Of a stretch of 64,000 nucleotides of DNA, positions 27,446 to 38,585 are shown piece after piece (within the stretch, counting starts at the first letter, position 1; each line of letters begins with the position of its first letter). The DNA is taken from IMG/VR virus record IMGVR_UViG_3300037455_001397, positions 34,542 to 98,541 of that record; one strand, 5' to 3'. Made by a program: the position numbers and the translations under genes. The stretch comes from a virus. Its lineage: Duplodnaviria > Caudoviricetes. The notes beneath the pieces are model-generated. The model ran no database searches, was not told where the DNA came from, and saw only the letters and a list, made by a program, of their open reading frames with translations.

Positions 27446-30050
27446 TCTTCTGCTGGAACAATACAGCCGATATAAGAAGATATTTTTGGGGGAATCTCCG
27501 TATAAGTGTCTTCTGAATGCAGACATTGAATTGAATCCACACCAGATCAATGCATTTATTGCTGCCGTGCATGCACTGAAAACAGGCGGAATCGTTCTGG
27601 CAGATGAAGTTGGCCTTGGAAAAACCATAGAAGCCGGACTGGTGCTTAATTATGTTCTGGACTCTGGAGCTAAGAAGATTTTAATTGCCCTCCCGGCAAC
27701 ACTGCGCAAGCAATGGGAAGTGGAGCTTGAAGACAAGTTCGGCAAAAAAGCTGTTATTCTTGATCGTCAGACCGTTGAGAAAGATTATTACGGAATGAAG
27801 GACTGGATTGAAAAACCCGAAGTCCGAATTATCATCACCTCCTATGATTATGCATCCAAGCTGATGCGTCGTTTCCCTGCTGTGAAATGGGACTTTATCA
27901 TCATTGATGAAGCTCATAATCTGCGCAATGTCTTCCATGGAACAAAACGTGCCAAGAACCTTTATGAACTGTCCAAAGGTATTCCTAAAATTCTGCTGAC
28001 CGCAACCCCCTTGCAGAATTCCCTTTCTGATCTCCATGGGCTCATCTCTTTTATTGACCCTAAAATATTTGGTTCGGAGCAGGTCTTTAACCACCGATTC
28101 ATTGAAGGCCAAGACTACGAGACGCTCAAACAAGAATTACTGCCGGTTCTTTTCCGCACATTACGGAAAGATGTTGGTAAGTACATGGATTTCAAACGCA
28201 GGGAATGCATTACTGTCGATTTCCATCTAACTCAAGAGGAAAGCGATTTATACAATCTGGTTAACGCATTCCTGAAACGAGAAACTCTGCATTCGATTCC
28301 GACCAATAACAAAGGTCTGATTATTCTTGTAATTCGCAAACTGCTTGCCTCATCCAGCTTTGCCTTGGTTCAGACGTTTGAAATTCTCCGGAAAAGATTG
28401 GAGAAACTCTACCAAGGAACGAAATCAGCAAATGCCCAAGATGGCTTTAATCTTTTCTGGGACTTTGTGGAAGACGAAATGGATGAGTCTGATTTTGAAG
28501 AAAAGGAAGATTTGGATTCTGTCATTCAGAAGCAGGAAATCCAAGACGAACTCAACGCCGTTCAGGCAATTATTGATGTTGCCACTAAAATTTCTTCCAA
28601 TGCTAAAGTTGCAGCATTAAAAACTGCTTTGAGAACAGCTTTTGCTCAGCAGGAGCACGAAGGTGTTCCACAGAAAGCTGTTGTATTTACAGAATCCAAG
28701 CGGACACAGAAATACATAGCAGCTGAACTAAGAAAAGATGGTTATGCGGAGGAAGATATTCTTCTTTTTAATGGTGATTTTGATGATGCCATGTCCAAAG
28801 GGATCTTTCATGCCTGGCTGGTTAAGAACTTTAGAAAGACTAATTATGGCCGAAATGTGGAGTACAAGCATGCTATCGTGGATTATTTCAGTAACCATGC
28901 GAAAGTGCTGATTGTAACAGATGCGGGTTCCGAAGGATTGAACCTCCAGTTCTGCAACACTGTAATTAATTATGATTTGCCTTGGAATCCACAGAAGATT
29001 GAACAACGGATAGGACGTTGTCATCGTTATGGACAGACACATGATGTGGTAGCAATCAATTTGCTCAATACAGATAATGAGGCAGATAAAAGGGTATATG
29101 AGATTCTGTCCCGAAAATTTGAGCTGTTTGACGGTGTTTTTGGAGCTTCGGACGTGGCATTGGGAACCTTGGAATCAGGTACGGGGTTTGAAAAGACCAT
29201 TTTGGATATCTACCAGAAATGCAATTCTAATGCGGAGTTCATTCGGGCGTTTGAAACTTTGGACAAGCAACTGACATCAAAGATGAACAAGCAAGTAGTA
29301 CAGCTTCGATCTATCCTGCTTACGGAAAGCCCGGAAGCCAAGGGGGAAGCATTGGAGAATACGAGAGAAAATATTGAGAAATATCTGCACGATGTGGAAT
29401 ACTGGAATCAATTTGCAGAGCCAGAAATGGATGGCAATCTGTATTACTGGAAAATAGACAACTGGGGAGAAGCTAATTTCGGCTCTCACGGAACACTGTT
29501 CGTGGGTGCGTTCTGTAACAACAATCAGATCCTCTTTCCAGTATTATTGCTATGCGATGAAAACGGCGAATATATCGATTTTGAAGAACACGAGATTGTC
29601 AAAGCTTTAGAAAATGCTAACGATGATGATGTTCGCTACTTTGCTCCATCAAAAGAAGAGAAGGCATTTTATGAACGTGTTTATCGGCGGTTGACGGAGG
29701 AGATGCTGGAACGGTATCGGCGATCTACTGAGCCAATCAAAACGTATCATCGGAAGAAAATTGAGAATTGGATTGACATCCAGATTGAACAACTTTCCTT
29801 GCAAATCGGAGATATGAACCGTGATGTTGAAGACCTTCTAATGCAGGAAATTCAGGCACGAGATTCTCTCCAGAAAGCAGATATTTTGAAAAAAGTCGGA
29901 AAAATAAAAAAGCAACTGGACAAGGCTCGTAATGGACAGCAAAAAAGAGTTGCAAATATCAGAGAAGAAGCCGAGGAAGACATCGCTGCATTTGATAAGC
30001 AGTTTGATATTAATCCGATTCTACTTGTTAACATCGTTCTGAAGTTCTGA
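27435..30050 (+). CDS. drmD: SNF2-family helicase (DrmD-like)
   Basis: LADEVGLGKT, DEAH, TATPLQN, EGLNLQ and WNPQKIEQRIGR motifs; directly upstream of drmA. Confidence 0.8.
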   Translation: MESNLLLEQYSRYKKIFLGESPYKCLLNADIELNPHQINAFIAAVHALKTGGIVLADEVGLGKTIEAGLVLNYVLDSGAKKILIALPATLRKQWEVELEDKFGKKAVILDRQTVEKDYYGMKDWIEKPEVRIIITSYDYASKLMRRFPAVKWDFIIIDEAHNLRNVFHGTKRAKNLYELSKGIPKILLTATPLQNSLSDLHGLISFIDPKIFGSEQVFNHRFIEGQDYETLKQELLPVLFRTLRKDVGKYMDFKRRECITVDFHLTQEESDLYNLVNAFLKRETLHSIPTNNKGLIILVIRKLLASSSFALVQTFEILRKRLEKLYQGTKSANAQDGFNLFWDFVEDEMDESDFEEKEDLDSVIQKQEIQDELNAVQAIIDVATKISSNAKVAALKTALRTAFAQQEHEGVPQKAVVFTESKRTQKYIAAELRKDGYAEEDILLFNGDFDDAMSKGIFHAWLVKNFRKTNYGRNVEYKHAIVDYFSNHAKVLIVTDAGSEGLNLQFCNTVINYDLPWNPQKIEQRIGRCHRYGQTHDVVAINLLNTDNEADKRVYEILSRKFELFDGVFGASDVALGTLESGTGFEKTILDIYQKCNSNAEFIRAFETLDKQLTSKMNKQVVQLRSILLTESPEAKGEALENTRENIEKYLHDVEYWNQFAEPEMDGNLYYWKIDNWGEANFGSHGTLFVGAFCNNNQILFPVLLLCDENGEYIDFEEHEIVKALENANDDDVRYFAPSKEEKAFYERVYRRLTEEMLERYRRSTEPIKTYHRKKIENWIDIQIEQLSLQIGDMNRDVEDLLMQEIQARDSLQKADILKKVGKIKKQLDKARNGQQKRVANIREEAEEDIAAFDKQFDINPILLVNIVLKF

Positions 30051-30066
30051 AAACATGGAGGTTTCT

Positions 30067-33000
30067 ATGGCTGACAGATTAAAAAATGCACGAGCCAGGC
30101 AGATTATTATTGATGCACTGAAAAAGGACTTGATGGGGCCGGAAACACCGGAAGAAATCCTTTACGAGGATCCTTCCCACAATTACTATATCATTGGAAC
30201 ACTCTCCCCCAAGACAAATGCTGATCACAAAGGTGTTTTTATACAGGATCAGGAAGTTGAAGCTGATGTTGCCTATGGAGATGGCGATGATTTCACTGCC
30301 GGAGAAGACGATGACAATGAGCCGGTATCTGTAACACATTTTGCAAAGCCATCCTCAATTGGAATCAGTTTTTATGTGGATGAGGCTACTCCATCTGTTG
30401 AGATAGATGTGTTGTGGGGTGATTACTACAAAACAAAAGAAACTATCACTGATGATGCCGGGCATGAAAAAGAGTCCATCTGCTATAAGCGTATTCCTCA
30501 AAAAGAAACCGTTCATATTGTTTTTTCAGATGTCGGAAGATCAAAAGAGTATCAGCTCGTCACGGATTCCAGTGTTTGTCTTCACATATCAAGAATATCT
30601 TTGAAAACAGGGTACGCTCTTGTAACCGCCTATGTAATAAATAAGCGTTTCAATCCCGTGTCTGAACTGGAAGCAACAATGTTCCAAGTTGAATTGAATG
30701 CACATTCCCAAAATGGGGAGCGAATATTTGTTGCTGAGCATATTTGCAGAGGAAGAAAAGATTTGACAAAAGATGATTATTTCTTTGAACAACGGGCCAT
30801 CCTTGGACGAGGCCGTGGGTGTGCTGCAACTTGGGAACAGCCTGTAAAGGGGAAAACGAGTTTTGTCAGATCTGATTTTATCCCACAATATGAATTCCCC
30901 GGGGTGAGCGCGGTAATCAAGGGGTTTGATCCGCACTTCTTTTCGATGATTTCTCTGTCGCTTAAAAACAAGAAAGAAGATATTATCAGGCGTTTGAATG
31001 TCTTGGCAGATTCATATGAGAGATGGATCAAGAATAATCTTACAGATGATCCAAAGATGGCGGAAAAGGCATTCGCGGATGGAATCGGAAGAGATGTTAT
31101 TCGCGAGTGTAATACGGCACTATCCAGAATCAGGGAAGGTATCCGTCTTGTTTCAGACAATGAGGCCGTTTTTGATGCGTTCTGTTTCATGAACAGGGTT
31201 ATGTTCTACCAAAACAGCATCAAAAACTATTCAAAAAAACATGGAAAAGGAATTGAATGCAGTTTCAAGGATTTTTCTGATCCAAGGAAAACGGATCCAA
31301 ACGACCCGACCAAAAGGGTCAATGACTTTGCGTGGCGACCGTTCCAGATTGCTTTTATACTGATGAACTTGGCTGGAATGGTTGATCCTGAACACATAGA
31401 TAGAGAGATTGTTGATTTGTTATACTTCCCAACCGGTGGCGGCAAAACAGAAGCCTATCTTGGCCTGATGGCGTTTGTTATCGCTTTCAGAAGGCTTCGG
31501 GCAGGTATGGAGAGCGAGTTTAACCTTGATGGTGGAGTAACGGCAATTCTTCGCTACACCTTGAGGCTTCTTACCACACAACAGCGTGACAGAATCACAA
31601 AGATGGTTGTGGCTGCGGAACAGGTAAGACGAATGGAATACCCAAAGTATGGGAAAGAGCCCATTAGCATCGGTTTTTGGGTTGGTAGCGGAGTAACTCC
31701 CAACTCATTCAGTGAGCTTGATGACCCGGATAATCCTGAGGAAGCGAAACGCAAGCAGCGGCTTATCCATAAACAGCTCTTGACTTGCCCATTCTGCGGA
31801 TCACCGCTGAAAGAAGAAAACTTTTATATCGATATAGAAAGAAAAGCAGTTGATATCTACTGTTCAGATGAGCATTGCATCTTTTATAGGTACAAACTTG
31901 AAAACAAGCAGAAGATACCCGTCTTCTTGGTAGATGAGGAAATCTATTCCCGCTGTCCAACAATCATTTTGTCAACTGTAGATAAATTCGCAAGGTTGCC
32001 GTGGGACGTCAAAACCAATGCTCTTTTTGGCAGGATTGATCGAGTTTGCAGCCGTGATGGATATGTGGTTATAGGCGATGTTCATAAGAAACACAATAAG
32101 ACCCCGAACAATCCAACTTCTACTCTTACACAAATAAAGCCTTTCCTTCCTCCTGAGCTGATTATCCAAGATGAGCTCCATTTAATTACAGGACCTCTCG
32201 GAACGATATATGGAGCATACGAAACCATTATTGAGGATATGTGCTCTTACAAGCTCAATGGCAAGTTGATTAAGCCGAAATATGTGGTTTCGACTGCAAC
32301 AATCAAAAACGCTTCAGAACAGACAAAGTGTCTGTATGCCAGGGAAAGAACATCTCAGTTCCCGCCCAACGGATTTGAAATCGGGGATAGCTTCTTTATT
32401 CGGGAGATTCCGGTTCCAATGTCATATCAGGAAGCCAGTCCGGATGTCGATCCGTTCCGAAAGTATGTCGGCATATCAGCTCCTGGCCAGTCTGTAAAGA
32501 CCACGTTGCTGAGAGTATATGCTTCGGTTTTGCAGACGGTCTACAATCTTTCTCTCCAAGATGAATGGAAAGATGTTATCGACCCCTACTACACGCTAAT
32601 TGGATACTACAACAGTATTCGTGAGCTGGGGGGCGCCGTTCGATTGTTGCAGGACGACATTCCCAAGAGGATTAAGTATCTCAAGAAAAGGCATAACATG
32701 GACAAAATTCGTTATCTGAACAGATCGACAAACGTTGAAATAACATCACGAATGTCCTCTTATCAGATCCCGGAACAGCTCAAAAAACTTGAGACGCCTT
32801 TTTCAGAGAGGAACTGCTTGGATACAGCCATAGCAACAAACATGATTGCTGTTGGTATGGATGTAGACAGGCTGGGGCTGATGGTTGTAACAGGTCAGCC
32901 GAAACAGAATTCCGAATACATTCAGGCAACAAGCCGAATTGGAAGATCTTTGCCCGGGCTGGTGGTAACTTTGTACAACCCTTATCGACCGAGAGACTTG

Positions 33001-33486
33001 TCCCATTATGAAAACTTTACCGGATACCACTCTCAGTTATATCGGTTTGTTGAAGGTACTACTGCCACACCATTCTCAGCCAGGGCACGGGATCGGGTCA
33101 TGCATGCATTGGTAATCTCCGCTATTCGGTTAAAGTATCCTGGTTTTGCGGCTAATGCCGGCGCATCGGATATATCCCACTTAACCGACAAGCAACTCGA
33201 TGAAGTGAAAGCATTAATACTGGATCGACTTAATATAATTAAGCCAAATGCAAGAGCAGATGCCGAAGCAGAATTCGATCAGTTTATTGATTGGTGGAAG
33301 GTTCTCGCGGCAAAGCCCAAACGACTTCTGTTTAAAGGCCCGTTAATCAGATCGAAAGACGAAAAAGACAACTATCTGATGAGCTATTATGGGCAGCAAG
33401 GAGCTAGAGACACTGAGAAACCGACTTTAAGTTCCATGCGTGAAGTCGAAAGCGCTTCCAATATGTTCTATTATGTGGAGGAATGA
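30067..33486 (+). CDS. drmA: DISARM helicase DrmA
   Basis: WRPFQ, FPTGGGKTEAY, RYTLRLLT, QDELHLI and YIQATSRIGR motifs. Confidence 0.9.
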   Translation: MADRLKNARARQIIIDALKKDLMGPETPEEILYEDPSHNYYIIGTLSPKTNADHKGVFIQDQEVEADVAYGDGDDFTAGEDDDNEPVSVTHFAKPSSIGISFYVDEATPSVEIDVLWGDYYKTKETITDDAGHEKESICYKRIPQKETVHIVFSDVGRSKEYQLVTDSSVCLHISRISLKTGYALVTAYVINKRFNPVSELEATMFQVELNAHSQNGERIFVAEHICRGRKDLTKDDYFFEQRAILGRGRGCAATWEQPVKGKTSFVRSDFIPQYEFPGVSAVIKGFDPHFFSMISLSLKNKKEDIIRRLNVLADSYERWIKNNLTDDPKMAEKAFADGIGRDVIRECNTALSRIREGIRLVSDNEAVFDAFCFMNRVMFYQNSIKNYSKKHGKGIECSFKDFSDPRKTDPNDPTKRVNDFAWRPFQIAFILMNLAGMVDPEHIDREIVDLLYFPTGGGKTEAYLGLMAFVIAFRRLRAGMESEFNLDGGVTAILRYTLRLLTTQQRDRITKMVVAAEQVRRMEYPKYGKEPISIGFWVGSGVTPNSFSELDDPDNPEEAKRKQRLIHKQLLTCPFCGSPLKEENFYIDIERKAVDIYCSDEHCIFYRYKLENKQKIPVFLVDEEIYSRCPTIILSTVDKFARLPWDVKTNALFGRIDRVCSRDGYVVIGDVHKKHNKTPNNPTSTLTQIKPFLPPELIIQDELHLITGPLGTIYGAYETIIEDMCSYKLNGKLIKPKYVVSTATIKNASEQTKCLYARERTSQFPPNGFEIGDSFFIREIPVPMSYQEASPDVDPFRKYVGISAPGQSVKTTLLRVYASVLQTVYNLSLQDEWKDVIDPYYTLIGYYNSIRELGGAVRLLQDDIPKRIKYLKKRHNMDKIRYLNRSTNVEITSRMSSYQIPEQLKKLETPFSERNCLDTAIATNMIAVGMDVDRLGLMVVTGQPKQNSEYIQATSRIGRSLPGLVVTLYNPYRPRDLSHYENFTGYHSQLYRFVEGTTATPFSARARDRVMHALVISAIRLKYPGFAANAGASDISHLTDKQLDEVKALILDRLNIIKPNARADAEAEFDQFIDWWKVLAAKPKRLLFKGPLIRSKDEKDNYLMSYYGQQGARDTEKPTLSSMREVESASNMFYYVEE

Positions 33487-35240
33487 CCATGAGATTTGAC
33501 AACAATAAACTTGGAGAACTTCGACCCAATCAAATCATTACGACTTTTGGCCCTGGTTCGATTGTGGATGCCGTGAAGGATTCTGTAACTGTCTTGGACA
33601 CCACATACTGGAAGGATAAAGGGACAAGGATCATTGACGGCAGACTCGCATCTTATCTTGGTGTAGACTGCTTTTATATGCCCAGAACATCCTCTGTTGG
33701 GGATATCCCGGTTGTTTCATTTCCTTATGTCCACGTGTGCTCCAAATGTGGTAGATTATTTGACGTTAGAGACAACTTTGACCTGGATCTTTATCTTCAG
33801 AAAGGTGTTAATTGTCCCGAATGTGGTTGGCAAGCATATCCTTCGCGTTTTATCACGGTTTGCGAAGACGGCCACATGGATGATTTTCCTTGGAGGTGGT
33901 GGGTACACAAGGGCAACACGAGTTGCAAAGGTCATATAAAAACATATTCCATTGGCAACACTTCCACGCTTGCAGATATGTGGGTGGAATGCACTTGCGG
34001 CGCCAAACGCAGCCTGAGCGGGGCAATGCAGAAAGAGAATCTTGAAGGTTGTGGCTGCACAGGCCGACACCCGTTCCGTCCACAGACGAAAAAGACCAAA
34101 TGCAACAAGCCTGTTATTCCTTCGCAGAGAGGCGCTTCCAATGTCTATTTCTCTGTGAGCCGAAGTGCAATTTCAATTCCGCCTTGGATTAATCCTTTGT
34201 ATAACCTTCTTGATGAACATCTTCGGCAGATTATTGATTACAAGGAAGATTGGGGCGAAGAAGGCGTCGCAAAGGTTTACAATAAATATTTCGCAGATAG
34301 ATATTCCAGGGCGGAGTTTGATGCTGCTTTGGAAAAGCGGTTAAGTAACATAAAAGAGTTCACAGAGATCAAACAGATGGAATATGATGCCATCACGCAC
34401 CATGCTGATCCAGCATATCAGTCAAACAAAAAACATTTTAAGGCCGAGGAAGATCCATTGCCAGCTCCACTTCAAAAGTATTTCAAGCGTGTTGTTAGAG
34501 TAACACGCTTGCGTGAAGTCAAGGTTCTGATTGGTTTTACCAGAGTGGATGCCTCTGATCCTGATGCCGACGCAGATAATCAGCCTAATATTGTTGCTAT
34601 TAGCAAAGGCAGGGAAGAAAAATGGCTTCCTGCTGCCGAGGTAAATGGAGAAGGTGTTTTTATTGAATTCAACAAAGACACGCTTAAGCAATGGTTGCAG
34701 ACCAAAGGCGTTAAGGAAATCTCTAAGTTATATGAAAATAGCTACAAAGAATTCTGCAAACAGAAAAATTGGACCGTTACCTTTTTGAGAAATGCTGTTT
34801 ATACCATGATGCATACTTTCTCGCATTTGCTGATAAAGCAAATGGCTATGTCCTCAGGATATTCCTCGGCCGCTATTCGTGAACGAATCTATTTTAGTGA
34901 TACCATGTCTGGAATCCTGCTTTATACTGGAAGCGCAGATAAAGAAGGATCTCTCGGCGGTCTTGTGGAGCTTGGAAACATTGACAAACTGGAGTGGCTA
35001 ATGAGGGACGCGTTCCAGGAAGCGTTGCTTTGTACAAATGATCCGGAATGCATGAATAGCCTTCCTGCAGGCGATAATTCAAATGGTGCGGCGTGTCATT
35101 CGTGCTGTATGATTTCAGAAACTGCTTGTGAAAACGGAAACCGTATGCTTGACCGTGGACTGGTAGTTCCTATTGCGGGTCGAGAAGATCAATCATACTT
35201 TAAGGACTTGGTGGCTGATTTATGTCTACTGGAAATCTGA
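33483..35240 (+). CDS. drmB: DISARM DrmB (DUF1998)
   Basis: QIITTFGPGS, GHMDDFPW, HTFSHLL, EGSLGGL, C-NDPEC...ACHSC...SETACE...LDR. Confidence 0.9.
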   Translation: MTMRFDNNKLGELRPNQIITTFGPGSIVDAVKDSVTVLDTTYWKDKGTRIIDGRLASYLGVDCFYMPRTSSVGDIPVVSFPYVHVCSKCGRLFDVRDNFDLDLYLQKGVNCPECGWQAYPSRFITVCEDGHMDDFPWRWWVHKGNTSCKGHIKTYSIGNTSTLADMWVECTCGAKRSLSGAMQKENLEGCGCTGRHPFRPQTKKTKCNKPVIPSQRGASNVYFSVSRSAISIPPWINPLYNLLDEHLRQIIDYKEDWGEEGVAKVYNKYFADRYSRAEFDAALEKRLSNIKEFTEIKQMEYDAITHHADPAYQSNKKHFKAEEDPLPAPLQKYFKRVVRVTRLREVKVLIGFTRVDASDPDADADNQPNIVAISKGREEKWLPAAEVNGEGVFIEFNKDTLKQWLQTKGVKEISKLYENSYKEFCKQKNWTVTFLRNAVYTMMHTFSHLLIKQMAMSSGYSSAAIRERIYFSDTMSGILLYTGSADKEGSLGGLVELGNIDKLEWLMRDAFQEALLCTNDPECMNSLPAGDNSNGAACHSCCMISETACENGNRMLDRGLVVPIAGREDQSYFKDLVADLCLLEI

Positions 35241-35881
35241 ATTTAGATCTTCTTCTGGGGGAAATTGCCGAAGATGCTGTTAGTGGCAGAAGGTCTTCTG
35301 TTTCATCTTTGAAACGGCAGTTTCCGTCATTATCAGATAAGGAGATTAATAATCTTCTCAGCATGTTTTTGGAGGCATTCTCTGCTGATAACAAGGAGCA
35401 GGTATCGCTTGTCGCAACGACCCCGCCTTCTTTCAGAATCAAAGCGAAGTCTACTATGAATACCGTTAGAGAGATGCTGGAGCACGCCGACAAAAGCATT
35501 CTGATAACAGGCTATTCTCTGTCAGATTATTTCAACGATATGGTTGATTGTATCATCCAGAAGAGCCGAACCGGTGTGTTCGTTAAGTTCTTTGTGAATC
35601 AAATTGGCAGTCAAAGCAGTTTTGAAAAGCTGTGTATGTACAAAGGTAAATTCCTGAAGATATATAATTTCCCTCCTTCTGAAGATAAAATGGCGGCGTT
35701 ACACGCAAAAGTGATATGTGTTGATCAGCAGAAAACACTTATAACATCTGCAAATCTTTCGTATCATGGCCAGGAAGGCAATATCGAATTAGGTACGCTA
35801 ATTGAATCTAAACAGGTAGCTAAGCAGATCGAGGATATTTTTACAAGATTGACTTTCTCGAAAGTCTTTATGGAGGTTTAA
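35222..35881 (+). CDS. drmC: DISARM DrmC phospholipase D-like nuclease
   Basis: HAKVICVD (HKD motif), TSANLS, NIELG. Confidence 0.85.
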   Translation: MSTGNLNLDLLLGEIAEDAVSGRRSSVSSLKRQFPSLSDKEINNLLSMFLEAFSADNKEQVSLVATTPPSFRIKAKSTMNTVREMLEHADKSILITGYSLSDYFNDMVDCIIQKSRTGVFVKFFVNQIGSQSSFEKLCMYKGKFLKIYNFPPSEDKMAALHAKVICVDQQKTLITSANLSYHGQEGNIELGTLIESKQVAKQIEDIFTRLTFSKVFMEV

Positions 35882-35916
35882 TTAATTGTGATGAACAAAA
35901 AGTAATGGTGATTATG

Positions 35917-36342
35917 ATGGCTGATAGTTTGTCTCCAGAGAAACGAAGTTGGAACATGTCCCGCATAAAAGGGAAAGATACATCAATAGAGGTCCAGGTC
36001 AGGAAGTACCTATTCGGTCATGGATTCCGGTACAGAAAAAATGTCAGCACCTTGCCTGGAAAGCCGGATATAGTCCTGAAAAAACATCGTGCAGTTATTT
36101 TTGTAAATGGATGTTTTTGGCACAGACACACAGGATGCAAAGAAGCGTATATGCCAAAGAGCCGTGTGGAATTCTGGAGACAAAAATTTGAACGGAATGT
36201 TCAGAATGACGCTTTGTACAGGGAAAAACTGATTAATACAGGTTGGCGTGTTTTTGTTGTGTGGGAGTGTGAGGTCAAAAGACACTATGAAGAAACCATG
36301 AACCGTTTAGTGGAAGAAATAAGAAGCATCGAACTGCGATAA
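35917..36342 (+). CDS. vsr: Very short patch repair endonuclease
   Basis: RSWNMSRIKGKDT, LPGKPD, GCFWHRH and VWEC motifs. Confidence 0.92.
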   Translation: MADSLSPEKRSWNMSRIKGKDTSIEVQVRKYLFGHGFRYRKNVSTLPGKPDIVLKKHRAVIFVNGCFWHRHTGCKEAYMPKSRVEFWRQKFERNVQNDALYREKLINTGWRVFVVWECEVKRHYEETMNRLVEEIRSIELR

Positions 36343-36357
36343 TCCATTTTGCTTATA

Positions 36358-36768
36358 TTACTTCTTCGTCCCTACTATTTTCCCCGTCGCATCCCGGTAG
36401 GTTGTTTTGTCCCCCGATTCCGTGGCCGTACCTGCAACCTTTCCATGAGCATCGCGGTATGTAGTCCTGTTTCCAGCCTCGCTGGCGGTGCCTACGGTCT
36501 TCCCGTGGTCATCACGGTAGGTGGTCCGATTCCCAGCCTCTGTGGCCGTTCCTACGGCCTTTCCCGTGGCATCCCGGTAGGTGGTCTTGTTCCCATTCGT
36601 GGTGGCGGTACCGGTGACTTTGCCATGAGCATCCCTGTAGACGGTCTTGTTGCCGTCTGTCGTGGCTGTCCCGACGACTTTGCCATGGGCATCACGGATG
36701 GTCTCCCGCTCGCTACAGACCGCGACGATACTCAGAAGAAGAATGATCGAAATCAAGATGCGTTTCAT
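36358..36768 (-). CDS. Secreted protein made of 19-aa repeats (TTYRDAxGKxVGTATExGN)
   Basis: Signal peptide MKRILISIILLLSIVAVCS, then about six 57-bp coding repeats. Confidence 0.8.
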   Translation of the reverse strand: MKRILISIILLLSIVAVCSERETIRDAHGKVVGTATTDGNKTVYRDAHGKVTGTATTNGNKTTYRDATGKAVGTATEAGNRTTYRDDHGKTVGTASEAGNRTTYRDAHGKVAGTATESGDKTTYRDATGKIVGTKK

Positions 36769-36788
36769 ATTGTGTTCCTTCAAAAACA

Positions 36789-37178
36789 TCAAGGGATGGT
36801 GACCATGACCGAGAAAAGGGCGGTCAACTGACGGAGCGTGGTTCCATACGGAGATTCGAAAGCGTCCCAATTCGTGAAATACTCAGCGACCTTGTAATCG
36901 TCGAACTTTTCTCGGGCTTTGACAATTTCCTTTACGCTTTTTCTGAACACAGCCCATCCGTTCGGCTCATCAGGCTCTTCATCTTCCAACCGGAAGAAAT
37001 ACAGAGTTTCTGAAGAGTCGTCATCGTAATAGACTTCTCCTTCTGCTTCAAAGTCCCATAATTCGGTATCATCGGGAGGAATTGTGCATGGAGGATGCGC
37101 AGGTATCCGTCCTGCAGTAATATTGCGGATTTCGATGTGACAAACCTTCTTTTGTCCGGATTTCTTTTTTGTCGCCAT
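36789..37178 (-). CDS. Hypothetical protein
   Basis: SD GAGGAG; upstream TTGATT-17-TATATT on the minus strand (about 37207-37236). Confidence 0.65.
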   Translation of the reverse strand: MATKKKSGQKKVCHIEIRNITAGRIPAHPPCTIPPDDTELWDFEAEGEVYYDDDSSETLYFFRLEDEEPDEPNGWAVFRKSVKEIVKAREKFDDYKVAEYFTNWDAFESPYGTTLRQLTALFSVMVTIP

Positions 37179-37283
37179 GTTGGTTCTCCTCATGTTTGAT
37201 TGTGTAATATATCACGCAAGTTTTGATTAATCAAGTACAAAACGTCATCCCAATGGGGTGGATGGCTTTAATCAAATATTTTT

Positions 37284-37697
37284 TTACTGTTTGCTCCTCA
37301 GCAGCACAAGTTCTTTTTCGATTTCTTCCAGGCGATCCTGGATTTGGAGTCCATAGATTGTTTCGCCAACGAGGCAATCCTCCTCGTCCATTGTGATGCG
37401 GTCGTACCCGATGTCATCTCGAAGGCTGTCAAGCTCGGCGTCCAGAACTTCATACTCTTCTTCGAGCCTGTCGATTTGCCTTTGCCGCCATATCCGGTTT
37501 GCCCTTTGGCTGATGGTTTCTTCGGCGCGATCATCAAGGTCATCTTCAAAGACCTCCGAATCTCCGTCAGCATCGGGGGGTGCGGGAGCGGAAAGTTCGC
37601 GGAAGCAGTTTCCGCAAACATACTCGTCCACCTCAGGAACATACTTGAAAGCATTCATGAAATCGAAGCCTCCACATCTTCCGCATTTCATTCTCAT
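37284..37697 (-). CDS. Acidic protein with an N-terminal CxxC..CxxC zinc ribbon
   Basis: SD GGAGG; CGRC...CGNC. Confidence 0.65.
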   Translation of the reverse strand: MRMKCGRCGGFDFMNAFKYVPEVDEYVCGNCFRELSAPAPPDADGDSEVFEDDLDDRAEETISQRANRIWRQRQIDRLEEEYEVLDAELDSLRDDIGYDRITMDEEDCLVGETIYGLQIQDRLEEIEKELVLLRSKQ

Positions 37698-37755
37698 CAG
37701 AACCTCCGTTCTGGAGTTAATATACCACGATTTTTTCTGTTTTTCAACCAAAGTT

Positions 37756-38316
37756 TCACACCATTCTCAGCATCCTGATAAGTTTGCGGTAAACGTGGGC
37801 GGAATCTTTGGCGTCCTCAAGGGCGTGGTGCTGAACCTCGCCCTCGACATCCAGCGCCAGTTTGAGTGATTTGAGCGAAACGCTGGAGAATCTTACCTCG
37901 CCTTCTTGCATCCGGGCAAGGTCGTTGAGTGTGATTGCCAGACGCATGCTGTCGCGTCCGTGGCCGGAAACAATCCGCGAGAATGCGGGGAATGACACTT
38001 TCAGGAACGACAGGTCGAACGTGAGGTTGTGGGCAAGCGGGACGATGCCCATAATCCCGTTCTCTTCGATCCACAGGGCGAGGTCTGCACGGACTTCCTC
38101 CAGGGGCTTTCCCTCTGCAGGATCAAGATGATTGACCTCAATAGCCTTCTGTTCGATCAATTCGGGATGCTTTGCTTTGATGCGGGCAGTGAATTCAGGA
38201 ATGACCGAAGAAACTGTGAAGTCTTCGTTGAGCGGGACAATGGCGATTTCAAGGACTTCGCAGTGAGCGGGATCAAGCCCGGTGGTTTCGAGGTCAATGG
38301 CAGCGAAAATGTTCAT
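37756..38316 (-). CDS. DEDDh 3'-5' exonuclease (DnaQ/oligoribonuclease-like)
   Basis: DLETTG, AHNLTFD and HHALEDA motifs. Confidence 0.85.
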   Translation of the reverse strand: MNIFAAIDLETTGLDPAHCEVLEIAIVPLNEDFTVSSVIPEFTARIKAKHPELIEQKAIEVNHLDPAEGKPLEEVRADLALWIEENGIMGIVPLAHNLTFDLSFLKVSFPAFSRIVSGHGRDSMRLAITLNDLARMQEGEVRFSSVSLKSLKLALDVEGEVQHHALEDAKDSAHVYRKLIRMLRMV

Positions 38317-38585
38317 GATGCTTTTCTCCTTTGTCACGTGTCATGTCGTTTCGGATCGGAATCTCCGTGATTCCGTTGCATCCGTTTTTCTTTTGTGAGG
38401 TTAATATAGTATAGCATATTGCCATCTAATGTCAGTTTAAATCATTTTTCCGAAAAAAATCGAAAAAAGTTTGTCTTCACGGGAAAGTGAGCAATCTCTC
38501 TTGATTTCGCGCGCATACGGGTGTATATTCATTTCCTGTATTTCCCCCGTCTTCCATCTTTAATGCTACCACAAGGAAACAAATA

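Noticed and set aside
36358-36720. Link between this 57-bp repeat and the 57-bp regulatory arrays
   Set aside because: This is a 19-aa coding repeat with no sequence similarity to the arrays; the shared period is coincidental.
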